64,000 nt of DNA from Hydrolagus colliei (lineage: Eukaryota): NCBI GenBank assembly GCA_035084275.1, contig CM068775.1, forward strand, positions 1,302,001 to 1,366,000, given 5' to 3'. This document shows positions 51,143 to 61,745 of this stretch, piece after piece. A model generated the notes under the pieces. That model did no database searches, was not told the DNA's origin, and was given only the letters and a program-made list of their open reading frames with translations. The translations under genes were made by a program, and so were the position numbers. The stretch's first letter is position 1, and each line of letters opens with the position of its first letter.

Positions 51143-53167
51143 ATGGAATTTCCAACACTATACGCTATAGTAGCTATTTACTACCCCATTCTGGTAGCAT
51201 TTGGAATTCCGGGTAATTCTATTTGTTTTCATGGTCTGGCAATTGTGAAGAGACTAGTTCAATTGAACTTTTGTATAGTGGCTTGTCATGTCTACTCGAA
51301 ATCTCAAATCAGTTCAAAGAATATACGGCAAAGTCAAATGACTTTGTGTTTGTGGGCGAAAGGCGAGAGCTAATTGTGTATTTCTGTGCCCTACAAACTT
51401 TCATGGACCAAACGTCTGGTCCGTTATTTCCCGCCAAGCCGGAGTATTCAATCCACGCTGATCGAAACCTGTCATCATACTGGCAGACAGACTTGATACT
51501 TTCTTGATGGCAGGCGGATATTTTATTCCAATCAATTTGAGCTGGACCTTGGTTGCAAAGCCAGGTTTGGACAGCCGTCCATCCTGCTTCCAAGTTCCCA
51601 CCATCAGGTCCCATTGCCACAGTTACTTGTTTTTGCAGCAAACGCGCATCTCAACCCGTGGCCATCATAGACAATATTTGGACCCTGTCTTGAGGGTGTA
51701 AGCGGTAGATCATATGCAAATGATTGAGCTGCTCCCAAATTTTTATGGCACCTTTCCGGGGATCAGATAGTGATTTGGACCAATTGTCGATCTTTTCTGG
51801 ATCGGCTGGAGCATGGATCGACACCAGTATATCCCGAAAAGCCCCGGGTACTGTGACATTAGCTTGTCGACCTCGATGCACCGCTGTCACTTGTGGCACA
51901 CGTGGGGGAGGGAGGACAGTTGAGGGTAAAACAAGACACCCTGGTTCCTGACTGACTTCGAGAGTTGGAGAGTGCAGTGTTGTGATTTCCGATCCCGAGA
52001 ATACAAAACAATGATCCAACAATTCTTAATAAAGGTATAGAGATTTAATAATTATAAACAATTTTAAAATGATAGAATAAAAGATTCATACTACCAGTCC
52101 CATTTAGAATACAATGCAGGATTCAGGCTGTTACACCATATGTCAGGTTCAGGCTTCTCACAATACTCACTCCTTCTGACTTTCCATCTCTAACTGACCC
52201 TTCTCTGCCTGTAAAACAAAACAACTGGAACCATGATCCGCTCCAGTAGATCTGGACAACAGTGACAGGCTGGAGATCTCGGTTTACCCTGAGACACTCC
52301 CTAACTGTTGTGATGAGCCACTCTTTCTCTCCTACCTCATTCTCCACCATAACTAAGTCAGCCAGTTGATCACTTGGAAATTGTCCAGAAGCGATGTCAA
52401 AACCAGACTATCTAAAGGCCAGAGTTGTACGGAGTTGTTTGCCTCCCTTCTTTTCCCAGACCTTGAGATGGCTCTCCTGCTACTCACTTGGCAATTGCCC
52501 AAATGAGTACAATTCTTTGTGCCTTTGTTAATTGAGTCCTCTGTCCCTATCTATATCTTGAGCTGTTCTCCTTCAATTCTTTATTTATCACAGAAGCTAC
52601 TGATGTTATTGTGCCCCTTGGATTATTGGCATGGACCAGTATCCAAGATTGTCTCAGCGCAGGGGAATGTGCACCTGGTGTTTTGGGTAGACAAGTTGTT
52701 TCTCTCCCTTTTGCTCAAGGTTGCTGACCATGCCTGTTTTGTGGATAGATGGTTTTAATTGGTGCCTGATTCGAACTAACTATAATTAATTTTTAATACA
52801 GTACCTCCATATCCCAACAGCAGCCTTGAATGCCGATGCTGCCAGTGCCTGTGTTGTGGAGTTGCTGACATGAGTTAATCAGGTGGATATTCAACTAGGT
52901 GCATGGGAAGATTTCTTAAGGATTGGGATGATAGTTGCTGTTATGAAGGAGACGGGAATGATGCCGAATAAAAGGGACAGGTTGACTGTATCAGCAAGTA
53001 GTAGGGTAAGGTGGTGGAGCTCTGAGGTAAAGAGACGAGTTGGGATGGGATGCAGGGAGTGGACTTCATGGAGGATACGGTTGTGATGACAGAGGATGGG
53101 GAAACATGTTCTCCCCATCCTCATCCATTCTGAAGTTGTAGAAGTAAGTCAATCGACCGACCGACCG

Positions 53168-53210
<43 letters not shown>

Positions 53211-54931
53211 CTTACAGTTATATATTGCCTTTCATGTCAAGAGGATGGCCCAAGGCACTCTACAGTTTGGTAGGGACAAGAGCATTTGGGGGAGGGGCCG
53301 GGTCAGGATGAAGAAGAATAGCAAAATTAACTATATTTGTGGGCAAAATGTGACAGCCAAATTATGCCCAGGATGGATGGGTAGATGATGGGGTGTGGGA
53401 GGGTGGTGTGTGGGGGCAGAAGTTGGAAGGGTGTTGACAGCTAAGTGGATTCCCTTGATTTTGGTCTCGAGATCATCCAGCATCTCCACACAGTGGGAGT
53501 TGTAGGAGAGGATCTGTGATATGGACGGGGAAGGGTGGAGGAGCTGGTTTGTTGAGGAGAACAGGAACTTGTGGTTGTCCTGGATTATCCTGGAGTAGAA
53601 GTATGATTTGCTGGAGACCAGAGCAGAGAGGTAGTTTTTGGTGTGCCAGATATGCCAGTGGACCATTAGACCAGATTTGAGCCAGGTACGTTCAGCGCCC
53701 GTCACCTGATCTTTGAGGAACTGGAGGTGGCTGGTGAACTAGGGTGAGGTTCGAGAGTAACACTTTGGAAAGAATCAGGAGAAATCATTTTGCTGATTGT
53801 TTAATGCAGGCTACCTTACAACAAGGCCACAATTCAAAACCGTATGAAAGGTTTGCTGAAGGTTTGAGATATGGACAATTTTCTAAAGTAATTGAATCAA
53901 CTCAAAGAATAAACAACCAAATATGACACACCCTTAAACTCCTCATCTCACACCTATATTCATGTGAATAATTTTTCCTATTTTCTTTCCTACACACAGT
54001 TAATTTGCTGGCGATTGTGATCCTGTCAAGAGGAAACTGTGGCCTCTCAATGTGCGTCACTCGCTATCTGGTGGCCATGGCAGCCGCGGATCTCCTGGTT
54101 GTCCTCGTGGATGTGTTGTTAAACCAAATTAACAATCTGTATTTCCCATTAAATTTCTTATTCTACACTCCAGTGTGTAGTGTTAGAGTGGTGTTGATGA
54201 GTGCAGCATTGCTCATGTCTTTGTGGTTCACTGTTGCTTTCAGTTTTGACCGATTTATCGCCATTTGCTGCCAAAAGCTGAAACCAACATATTGCACGGA
54301 GAGAACGGCCACAGTGGTTACTGTAACTCTGTCTGTTTGTTGCTGCGCAGTCAGCATTCCTTGTTACTTTATATTTGATCCTCAGTTCACAGTTAACAAT
54401 ACCCCGTGGTACTGTATCTTCAAACCAAACATTTATACTTTGCTCACCTGGAAATTATACGAAAGGTTTATCCGTGTTTTTAATCCACTGTTTGTGTTTG
54501 CTTTGATTTGCCTGTTCAATGCTGTGATTATCAGACACATTCTGATGGCCAGTAAAGTCCGCAGGAGGCTTCGGGGTCAGAGAAAAGCTGAGAAAACAAT
54601 TGATCCCGAGTTGGAAAACCGAAGAAAATCCATAATTTTACTGTTCGCCATATCAGGCACTTTTATAATTTTGTGGATAACATATGTTCTACATGCCCTC
54701 ATATGGCAACTTTCCAATTTTAATTATAGCGAAACATTGGTCAATAACACCCGATATATTGTCCAAGAATCTGGACTCATGGTGCAAAAGTTGAATTGCT
54801 GTACAAACACCTGTATATATGCATTAACTCAGAAAAAGTTCAAAGAGGAGTTTAAGAAAGGGTTAGTTTATCCCTTTGATATCATTGCTAAATTAATTAT
54901 AAAATACCAGAAAAAATCATTAGGAAAGTAA
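51143..54931 (+). CDS. GPR139-like class A GPCR, copy D (two exons, 333 aa, intact)
   Basis: Exon 1 51143-51212 (MEFPTLYAIVAIYYPILVAFGIP); exon 2 54000-54931; ADLL, TPVC, FDRF, WYC and NTCIY all retained. Confidence 0.9.
51400..51977 (-). mobile_element. ERV gag capsid fragment (frameshifted)
   Basis: ...EKIDNWSKSLSDPRKG...IYRLHPQDRVQIL and IDWNKISACHQESIKSVCQYDDRFRSAW; the latter fits the retroviral major homology region spacing Q-x4-S-V-x2-Y-x2-R (conserved E replaced by K). Confidence 0.6.
51978..52819 (-). mobile_element. Solo LTR, 842 bp, 4-bp TSD
   Basis: Minus-strand termini TGTTGGGA...TCACAACA; TSD GCAG at 51974-51977 and 52820-52823; empty site GAGAGTGCAGCCTTG in the copy C intron. 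Confidence 0.88.
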
Positions 54932-55023
54932 TTGGCTACAAACGTGGTTCAACTTCACCTACATTGGTGACTATCTTCACAAACATTGAAACTTTCCAAA
55001 ATTACTGTAAGATCTGTAGTTAA

Positions 55024-55120
55024 CAGGGATGTAGTCGAGTCCTCCTCATCCTCATCCAAGTCCCTGGTGTCTGAGTCCAATCCCATGCCACTTTTTAATG
55101 TCCGAGACCGAGTCCGAGTC
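55024..55120. mobile_element. Left-end remnant of the hAT element at the same site as in unit 1
   Basis: GTAGTTAA|CAGGGATGTAGTCGAGTCC... then abrupt loss of similarity. Confidence 0.8.
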
Positions 55121-55642
55121 ACTGTATGGAAGTATAATTAAATATATACCCATGTGATCAAACTATATTATAATTAGAACTAATATTGTGATAATTACTA
55201 ACCTCATTAAAGTAAAACAGACACTTATACTGGTCTCGTTGAACTAAAAGAACTCTCAGTATCTTCAAAGAAGGTCTGGTCAACACTCATTTCTCACGGG
55301 AACAGACAGGCCTTGAGCCGGGTGGTACCACGGACGCCAGCTGCTATACCTATCTCCATGTGACTTTGATAAGTAATTACGTGTGTCAAGATAGCATTCA
55401 TTTCTGTCCATTCCCTCTGTAATTCAACTAATACATTGTGTATTGTTTTAAGTGTATAAAAGGAGGAGTTGGACTGTTCCAAACTCAGAGGACAAGAGCG
55501 ACTCCCATTGAGAGACGCATATTCTCCTCTCCTTTACTAGTATTGTATTAATAAAGCGCATTCTAATTATCTGTTTGAAGTGTTGTTTTCTAATAGAAAG
55601 AGAAATAATACTACACAAATATCGGACTTAACATTAACCGAA

Positions 55643-55852
55643 GGTTCGATAGTCCGAACACACAAATTTCCTATACCCAGGGCATTTACCGTGGGTATCA
55701 CTCAATAGTCCGAACCGACAATGAAATAAGGTTATTAATCCGAACATTTGCATCCTTAGGTTTAGGGTTAGGGTTAGAGTTAGGGTTAAGCGAAGCTTCG
55801 GACTAACGAACCTTCGGATTAATGAATCTTTCGGACTATCGAGCTATAACCC
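55643..55852. mobile_element. Short inverted-repeat element (MITE-like) containing (TTAGGG)n
   Basis: GGTTCGATAGTCCGAA (55643-55658) versus TTCGGACTATCGAGC (55830-55844) inverted; internal TTAGGG repeats at about 55756-55788. Confidence 0.65.
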
Positions 55853-55859
55853 ACAGATT

Positions 55860-56340
55860 CATATCTACCCAGGCCCACAAACACTCACACTCACCCAGAT
55901 CCACACACACTAACATACACACACATCCACCCAGGCGTGGACACACTCCCACAGTCTCAGACACTCTCATCCACCCAGACCTACACACTGATTCACACAC
56001 ACATTCACACACACCCATATCCACCCATGCTCACCCAGGCCCACGAGCTTCACATACTCGCACACACTCACAATAACACAGATCCACACATAGTCACTCA
56101 CACTCACCCAAGCCCACTCACTAACACACACTCAAAATCACCCAACCCCCACCGCCACACACTCATAATCACGCAGGCCACAAACACACAAACTCACAGA
56201 CATTCACAATCACCAGGGCTCACACACCATCACAATCACCCAGATACCACCTCCCTCCCCCCCCACCACACACACTGTCACTTAGGCCCACACACTCAGT
56301 ATCATCCAGGCCCTCACACACACTCACACTAAACTGATCA
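55860..56340. repeat. CA-rich low-complexity tract
   Basis: Degenerate (CA)n/(CACT)n sequence. Confidence 0.85.
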
Positions 56341-56649
56341 CATTGCTGCAGCTCTTGGCCAGGCAGGAGACTCACTTCTCCCCTTTTATACGTTGCTGTT
56401 ACAAACACGGCTTACTTTTACTGTTACTCATTTTACTGGAAGTCTATCTGCAGTTGTTTGACAATTTATATGGTCCATGTTATTGTTCTCTAAGATACGA
56501 AACATCATCTTGACAGTGAGGGCCAGTATCTCATCCCTTCCCCAATCAGCCTCACACGGCCACAGGCAGCAAAGGTGCTAATCAGTAGCACTCAGAGATG
56601 AACCCTGTTACACTTAATCCTCAATCCCTTTAGTTTATTTCCCCAGATA

Positions 56650-57460
56650 TTTGTGTCGGTTCCTCTATTGCTTTACAACAATATTAACCATTTTGATATA
56701 GACATGGGGCCATGTATAAAAATATTGCTGATGCCACAATAGGGGTAAGGCACACAGTCAGGAATAACCTGGAGAATTGCATAAAGTTACAGAGCGTTTA
56801 GCTGAGTTGGCAGGAAGGTGGGAACACAGTTCAATATTGAGACACCAGTTTGTTGACAGTATATTTTGCGAAAAGTCACTCAAGCAAAAGCAAAATAATT
56901 GTTATAATTGGAATATGGAAGACTTGGAGATTATGTCGATGTGAGTGTGTATCCAATAGACTATTAGAATGGATTTATTGTGTTTCACACTGGTAATCGA
57001 TTGCCAATGACATATAAAGTTAGCAGGATTGTGAGAAGAGTTACTGTGTGCAGTTCTAGACATTACTATATTAAGGACATAAGAGCTCCTGAGAGGGTTT
57101 AGAGAAGTTTCACAAAGATCACAAAGATGATCCCGGTGATTGGCGTTTACAGTGATGAGGATCAGCTGCAAACATTGTGGCTGTTCTCATAAAAAGAGAT
57201 GGTAAAAGGACAAACATGAAGGTTTTGAAAGACGTGACAGAGTGAAAGACGATGATATCAATATAAACTGGATAAAATATACAGGAAAGTCACTGTAAAA
57301 TATAAAAGCAGAGTGGATTTTTATATAGAGATCTTTTAGAATATAGGATTCTTCATCACAATATCATAATGTGAAGGAATTTCAAATGGTATCAATAGTC
57401 ACCATGTAAATGTGCAAATGAACAGGCAGAAGGTGGAATTGGAGGATTGGAGCAGGTCTG
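56650..57460 (+). mobile_element. Old, degenerate CR1 LINE 3' fragment
   Basis: Decayed matches to CR1 RT C-terminal coding sequence (ERVQRRFTKMIP-like stretch near 57090-57140). Confidence 0.55.
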
Positions 57461-57777
57461 CCCTTGCTCTACCTGCAGAGTCTCAATGGAAGGATTTCCG
57501 TGCTCTGTAATTCCACAGAGTTCACTTTTCCCAATGCATTGGATACAACGATTTGTTGGGAACAAACACACAAATGATTAAATCAATCTCTTCTTTATTT
57601 CTCTTAATAGTAAAAGCTTGGAAGAATTGGCAGGAGGTTCTGTGTAGTTCAATAGAGGGAAGGGAGCCCGTGAACAACTGGGAAACTTTATATACATTAA
57701 TAATCAAACAGGGAAAAGAAGAAAAGTCTCAGGTTTCAATCTCCTCTGAATATATTTCTTATCCTTTATCCTCACAG

Positions 57778-57908
57778 ATTTCCCAACCGAGATGATGCTG
57801 TAAGGTTTCCCACCAGATGAAAGTGGCAACCTCTGGCCTACTGCTTCCACCTTCATCATCCTCTTCTTCCTGAGTATGTTCTACAGCGCCACCATCACTC
57901 TAATTAAG
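57778..57908 (+). CDS. IGHM: IgM-type transmembrane exon TM1
   Basis: Reads (D)[42 protein letters not shown], then donor AAG|GTGAGG. Matches the conserved IgM CART motif (WxTASTFIxLFxLSxFYSxxxTLxK). In-frame TAA at 57801-57803; second phase-1 acceptor CCACCAG| at 57816 bypasses it. Confidence 0.92.
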
Positions 57909-58159
57909 GTGAGGAGAGTAAATTCATTGATGCCATGAGGTGATAGAACAGCTGCTGTTAAATACTTGTTCATGGCAACACTGATAGTGATGCTCATTAC
58001 AGCCACTGTGCTGGGAAACTCTATCTGTCCTTACAGGGCAGGATCCTTGTGACTGAGCTGTGTGAAGGTGAAGGACATATCCTATCACCCTTACACACCC
58101 AATCACACCTGACATATACTCACCTGGTATAGACAAGGATGGAGGAGATGGGGTCACGG

Positions 58160-59630
58160 AATTTGGAATGGTCTAGGACACGGGCAGCGGAATTCTGGAT
58201 TATCTGTGGAGGGAGAAATTGAGAAGGCCGACCAGCAAGGCGTTTGCATAATCGAGCCGGGATGTAATGGAGGCGTGGATGAGGGTTTCAGTGGCTTTGG
58301 GGGTTAGGCATTGGCTGGGTGATCATGAGTTGGGCAATGTTCCAGAGATGGAGAAAGGCAGAGCTGGTCATTGCTTCAATGTGGGGGAGGAAATACCGTT
58401 GAAGGTTGAACAAGACACCTAGGTTCCTGACATGCTTGGTGAAGTTGAGTGTGCAAACATGGAGGTTGATACTGCCATTGGCTGAAGGAAGGAGGCGCTG
58501 GTGTGAGCCAATCAGTAGGGCCTCGGATTTGTTGACATTCAACTATGGAAAGTTAGCTCTCATCCAAGACTTGATGTCTGACAGACAGTCTGTCATGACA
58601 GAGGCAGTCCTGGGACATCAACCCATGTCTGTGGTTGATGTCACCAAGTGGGAGCATACAGATGTTGAAAAGTAGGGGGCCAAGGACAGAGCCTGAGGGA
58701 CGTCAAGGGTGACAGTGCAGGCACTGGAAGAGAAGCCGTTGGTGGCAACAAAGTGTAGGCAATGAGAAAGGTAGGAGTTGAACTAGGTGAGGGCAAAGTT
58801 CTTGAGGTTGGGATAAAAGTATTCCAGGAAATTGATTGAGCAGATTGGAAAGAGATTGATTTCTAAAATTGGAATTAAAGGACTGAGTGAATCTACATTG
58901 TCTTTTAGATTCAATTACATCACAGATACTTTAATATAGCTCAATCCTGTAGCTCAGTGGTTAAAGCATTCACCTTACAAGCATGAGACCTGTGTTCAAA
59001 TCCAGGAAGGTCAGAGTTAAACCTTGGACAAATTTCCTTACTCCACACTACAATAACAACAACATAATTACATTTATAGAGCACCTTTCACGTCAGGAGG
59101 ATGTCCCGTGGTGCTGAACAGTCAGGTCGGGACCCGAGCACTGGGGGGGGGAAGTGTCGGGGTAGGGAGAAGGGGAAGGAGAGTAGGAGATGTGGCAGAG
59201 TTAGGAGGGAAGCAGAAGGTACGGTCGAAGAGGAAGGTCTTGAGTCCGGCCTTAAGGAGGAAAGAGAGGAAGTGAGGCAAAGGGATTGTGGGATGGAGTT
59301 CCACAGTGTGGGAGCAGAGAGGCTGAGAGCCCGGCCAGTGATTGGAGGGCGGTTAGGGCGGGATACGGAGCAGGCCAGAGCCTGCTGAGCGGAGGGGACG
59401 GGCGGGCTGATACGGAGACAGTAGGTCGGAGAGATAGGCGGGGGAAAGATCGTGAATGGCCTTGAAAGTGAGGACAAGGATCTTGAATTCGATCCTCTGG
59501 GGGATGGGGAGCCAGTGGCGATGGGCGGGGGTGGGAGTGATGTAGTCGTGGAGGAGCCTGGTGCGGGAGAGTACACGAGCTGCAGAGTTTTGAATGATCT
59601 GCAGCCTGTGAAGGGAGGAGCTAAGAAGGC
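58160..59630 (-). mobile_element. L2 fragments and a SINE head in the TM1-TM2 intron
   Basis: L2 RT C-terminal motifs and 3' tail at about 59050-59110; SINE head 58940-59050 (+). Confidence 0.75.
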
Positions 59631-59925
59631 CTAATAATAATCCCTCAAAAAATACAATGATAAAAATTGGTCATTTCAATCTACAATTGTTTGTGTGTAC
59701 AATTGGCTGTGGCATTTTGCCCACAATTATAGTCAATTTACTTTACGATATATGCTGTGAAGTACTTTGAGACATCTAGAAAAGCGCTAAATCAAATACA
59801 AAGATTATTATCACCAGTTGAACGTGTTTGTGTGTGGATTATTATACACCAATAAAAACAAACTTAAATACTAGCTCGTCACGAAGGCTGAAATTATTGA
59901 TGCTATGCTTACTTCTATTTTCCAG

Positions 59926-59934
59926 GTAAAATGA
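59926..59934 (+). CDS. IGHM: IgM-type exon TM2 (VK-stop)
   Basis: CTTCTATTTTCCAG|GTA AAA TGA; completes the canonical KVK cytoplasmic tail; AATAAA downstream at about 60332 and 60625. Confidence 0.88.
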   Translation, partial: VK

Positions 59935-61419
59935 GTTTCTCCACCCCAGCTTCACAGATGTGCCTCGTGTGTTTATGTTTATCACCAATGTCTTGTGACA
60001 GATTATGTGATGTCTTGTTTCACGCATTTTACAAAATCACAGGAATTAAACATAGTATTGTGCAGCTCCATGAATTTTAGTGACTTTTCTTATTGTTATT
60101 TTATATTACAGTGGGCCTCTGGGGAATAACAAATCATGTTGGGATTTAATTTAGCGTCACACCTCTCTGATATTCTTTATTTGCTGTTTACCATGTGTGA
60201 GGTGTAATGATACAGAAAGACAGAGGCTGTTATACTCTGTCCTTTGACTTCAATCTGAAGCTGTACATATTGTATTCTGCTCCTGTATCATAGTGCCTAC
60301 AGACACTGTATACTTGTTTGCCTGAAGTATCAATAAATGATCAAACTTAGTGAGCTGTTTGTTCCCTCTCTTTCCTGTTTCTTTTGTCTCAAGTGTGTCT
60401 TGGCTTCTGATTTCCAAATGGTTCAGATACACAGAAGCTCAGCATTAAACAAAAACCGTTAAACAAAAGCTGTTAAGCTGTTAAACAAAAGCTGTTAAAC
60501 AGTCCAACAGTCCAGTTAGGGTTTTGCTGAGAACGCCATCAATGTTTCCGCTTGAGTTGTGTCTTAGCTCCAGTGATCAGCAGCTGCTTTTGTTTTCCAT
60601 GTGTAATTATTTTATTGTTTTCACAATAAATGCTTGAATGCAGGATGGAAGGTGCAGATTTAAGTAAAAGAGTGAGCGCAACAAGGAAATATCATTTGAA
60701 TCCACATGATTGTAGTTATAAATGTCACAGTACATTGCTGTTTTACACAACAACAAGTTGTGTTTATATAGCAGCCCTCACTTGTCAGCATTTCACAGTG
60801 ACACAGAATGTCCCGGCATAGAAGCACATTTGGTCTCAGATTTTTTTGGCCTGTCGTTTTTCTAAATGAGTATTTGCTCATTTCTCATATACAATTATCC
60901 CATCTCTCTCCCCATATACCCCATAGGTTCCTTTTTTAAACCCATTTCAGTTTTTCCCTCTTTTTGTCTGTCTCCGCAGCTAATTCTATTGATATGTGAG
61001 GAACAACAACAATACAACAACAGTAAACTTGTATAGAGCCTTTCATGACAGGAGGATGTCCCATGGTGCTGGACAGTCACTGTTTCAGACTTGAGCTGGG
61101 GACAGGGGTGGGGGAGTGAAGGGGGGATTAGGATTTGCTGATTGGTCCATCAAAGAGGAGTCTTGAGGAGGGACTTGAAGGAGGCCAGGGAGGGGCGAGG
61201 CGGAGGGACAGTGGGAGGGAAAACTGATAACATTCTTAGTGCAGAAATGTGCTGCAATGTGTACCTTGATTATTCTGCAAATACAAAAGCACAACCCTTG
61301 ATCGATCCTGTGTTCAGTATGTTTAACATCCTTAGTTATAATTCCTTTTAATCTGAGATGATCCACTGTAACACATCAGTTTTTCAACATAGGAATAACA
61401 TACAAACATAACAATTGCT

Positions 61420-61745
61420 AGTTGATAGAAGGTTATGGTCCATACAGTTCACCTTCCACCATCCTGGCAGTCACATGCACACGTCGTGTCCCAAACTATA
61501 TACAGTATCTCCTATTTCCTAACATAGATCTATTAATTTGCTTTTGAAAGAATCAACACATATTCCTTCCACCATCTCCCTGGGGAGTCTGTTCCATACA
61601 TTTACTGCTCGCTCACTCAAATAGTATTTCCATAGATTTGTTTGGAATTTCAAATGCAGGCCATGCCCTCTGGTTAGTTGCCACTCTATACCTGTATTTT
61701 GCTCCTGATGTTCCCCTTCCTGAGAATGAGCCCAACTAGGAAGTA
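61420..61745 (-). mobile_element. CR1 LINE 3' fragment
   Basis: YYLSERAVNVWNRLPREMV...SFKSKLI, typical CR1 ORF2 C-terminus. Confidence 0.75.

Noticed and set aside
55294-55482. 62-aa minus-strand ORF with a helical look
   Set aside because: Short, non-ATG start, no motif I can identify.
58040-58150. TGT...CTCACCTGGTATAGACAAG (C...LTWYRQ), resembling a TCR/Ig V fragment
   Set aside because: Cys and Trp are out of frame and too far apart; no leader, second Cys or RSS; runs into an L2 fragment in the TM intron.
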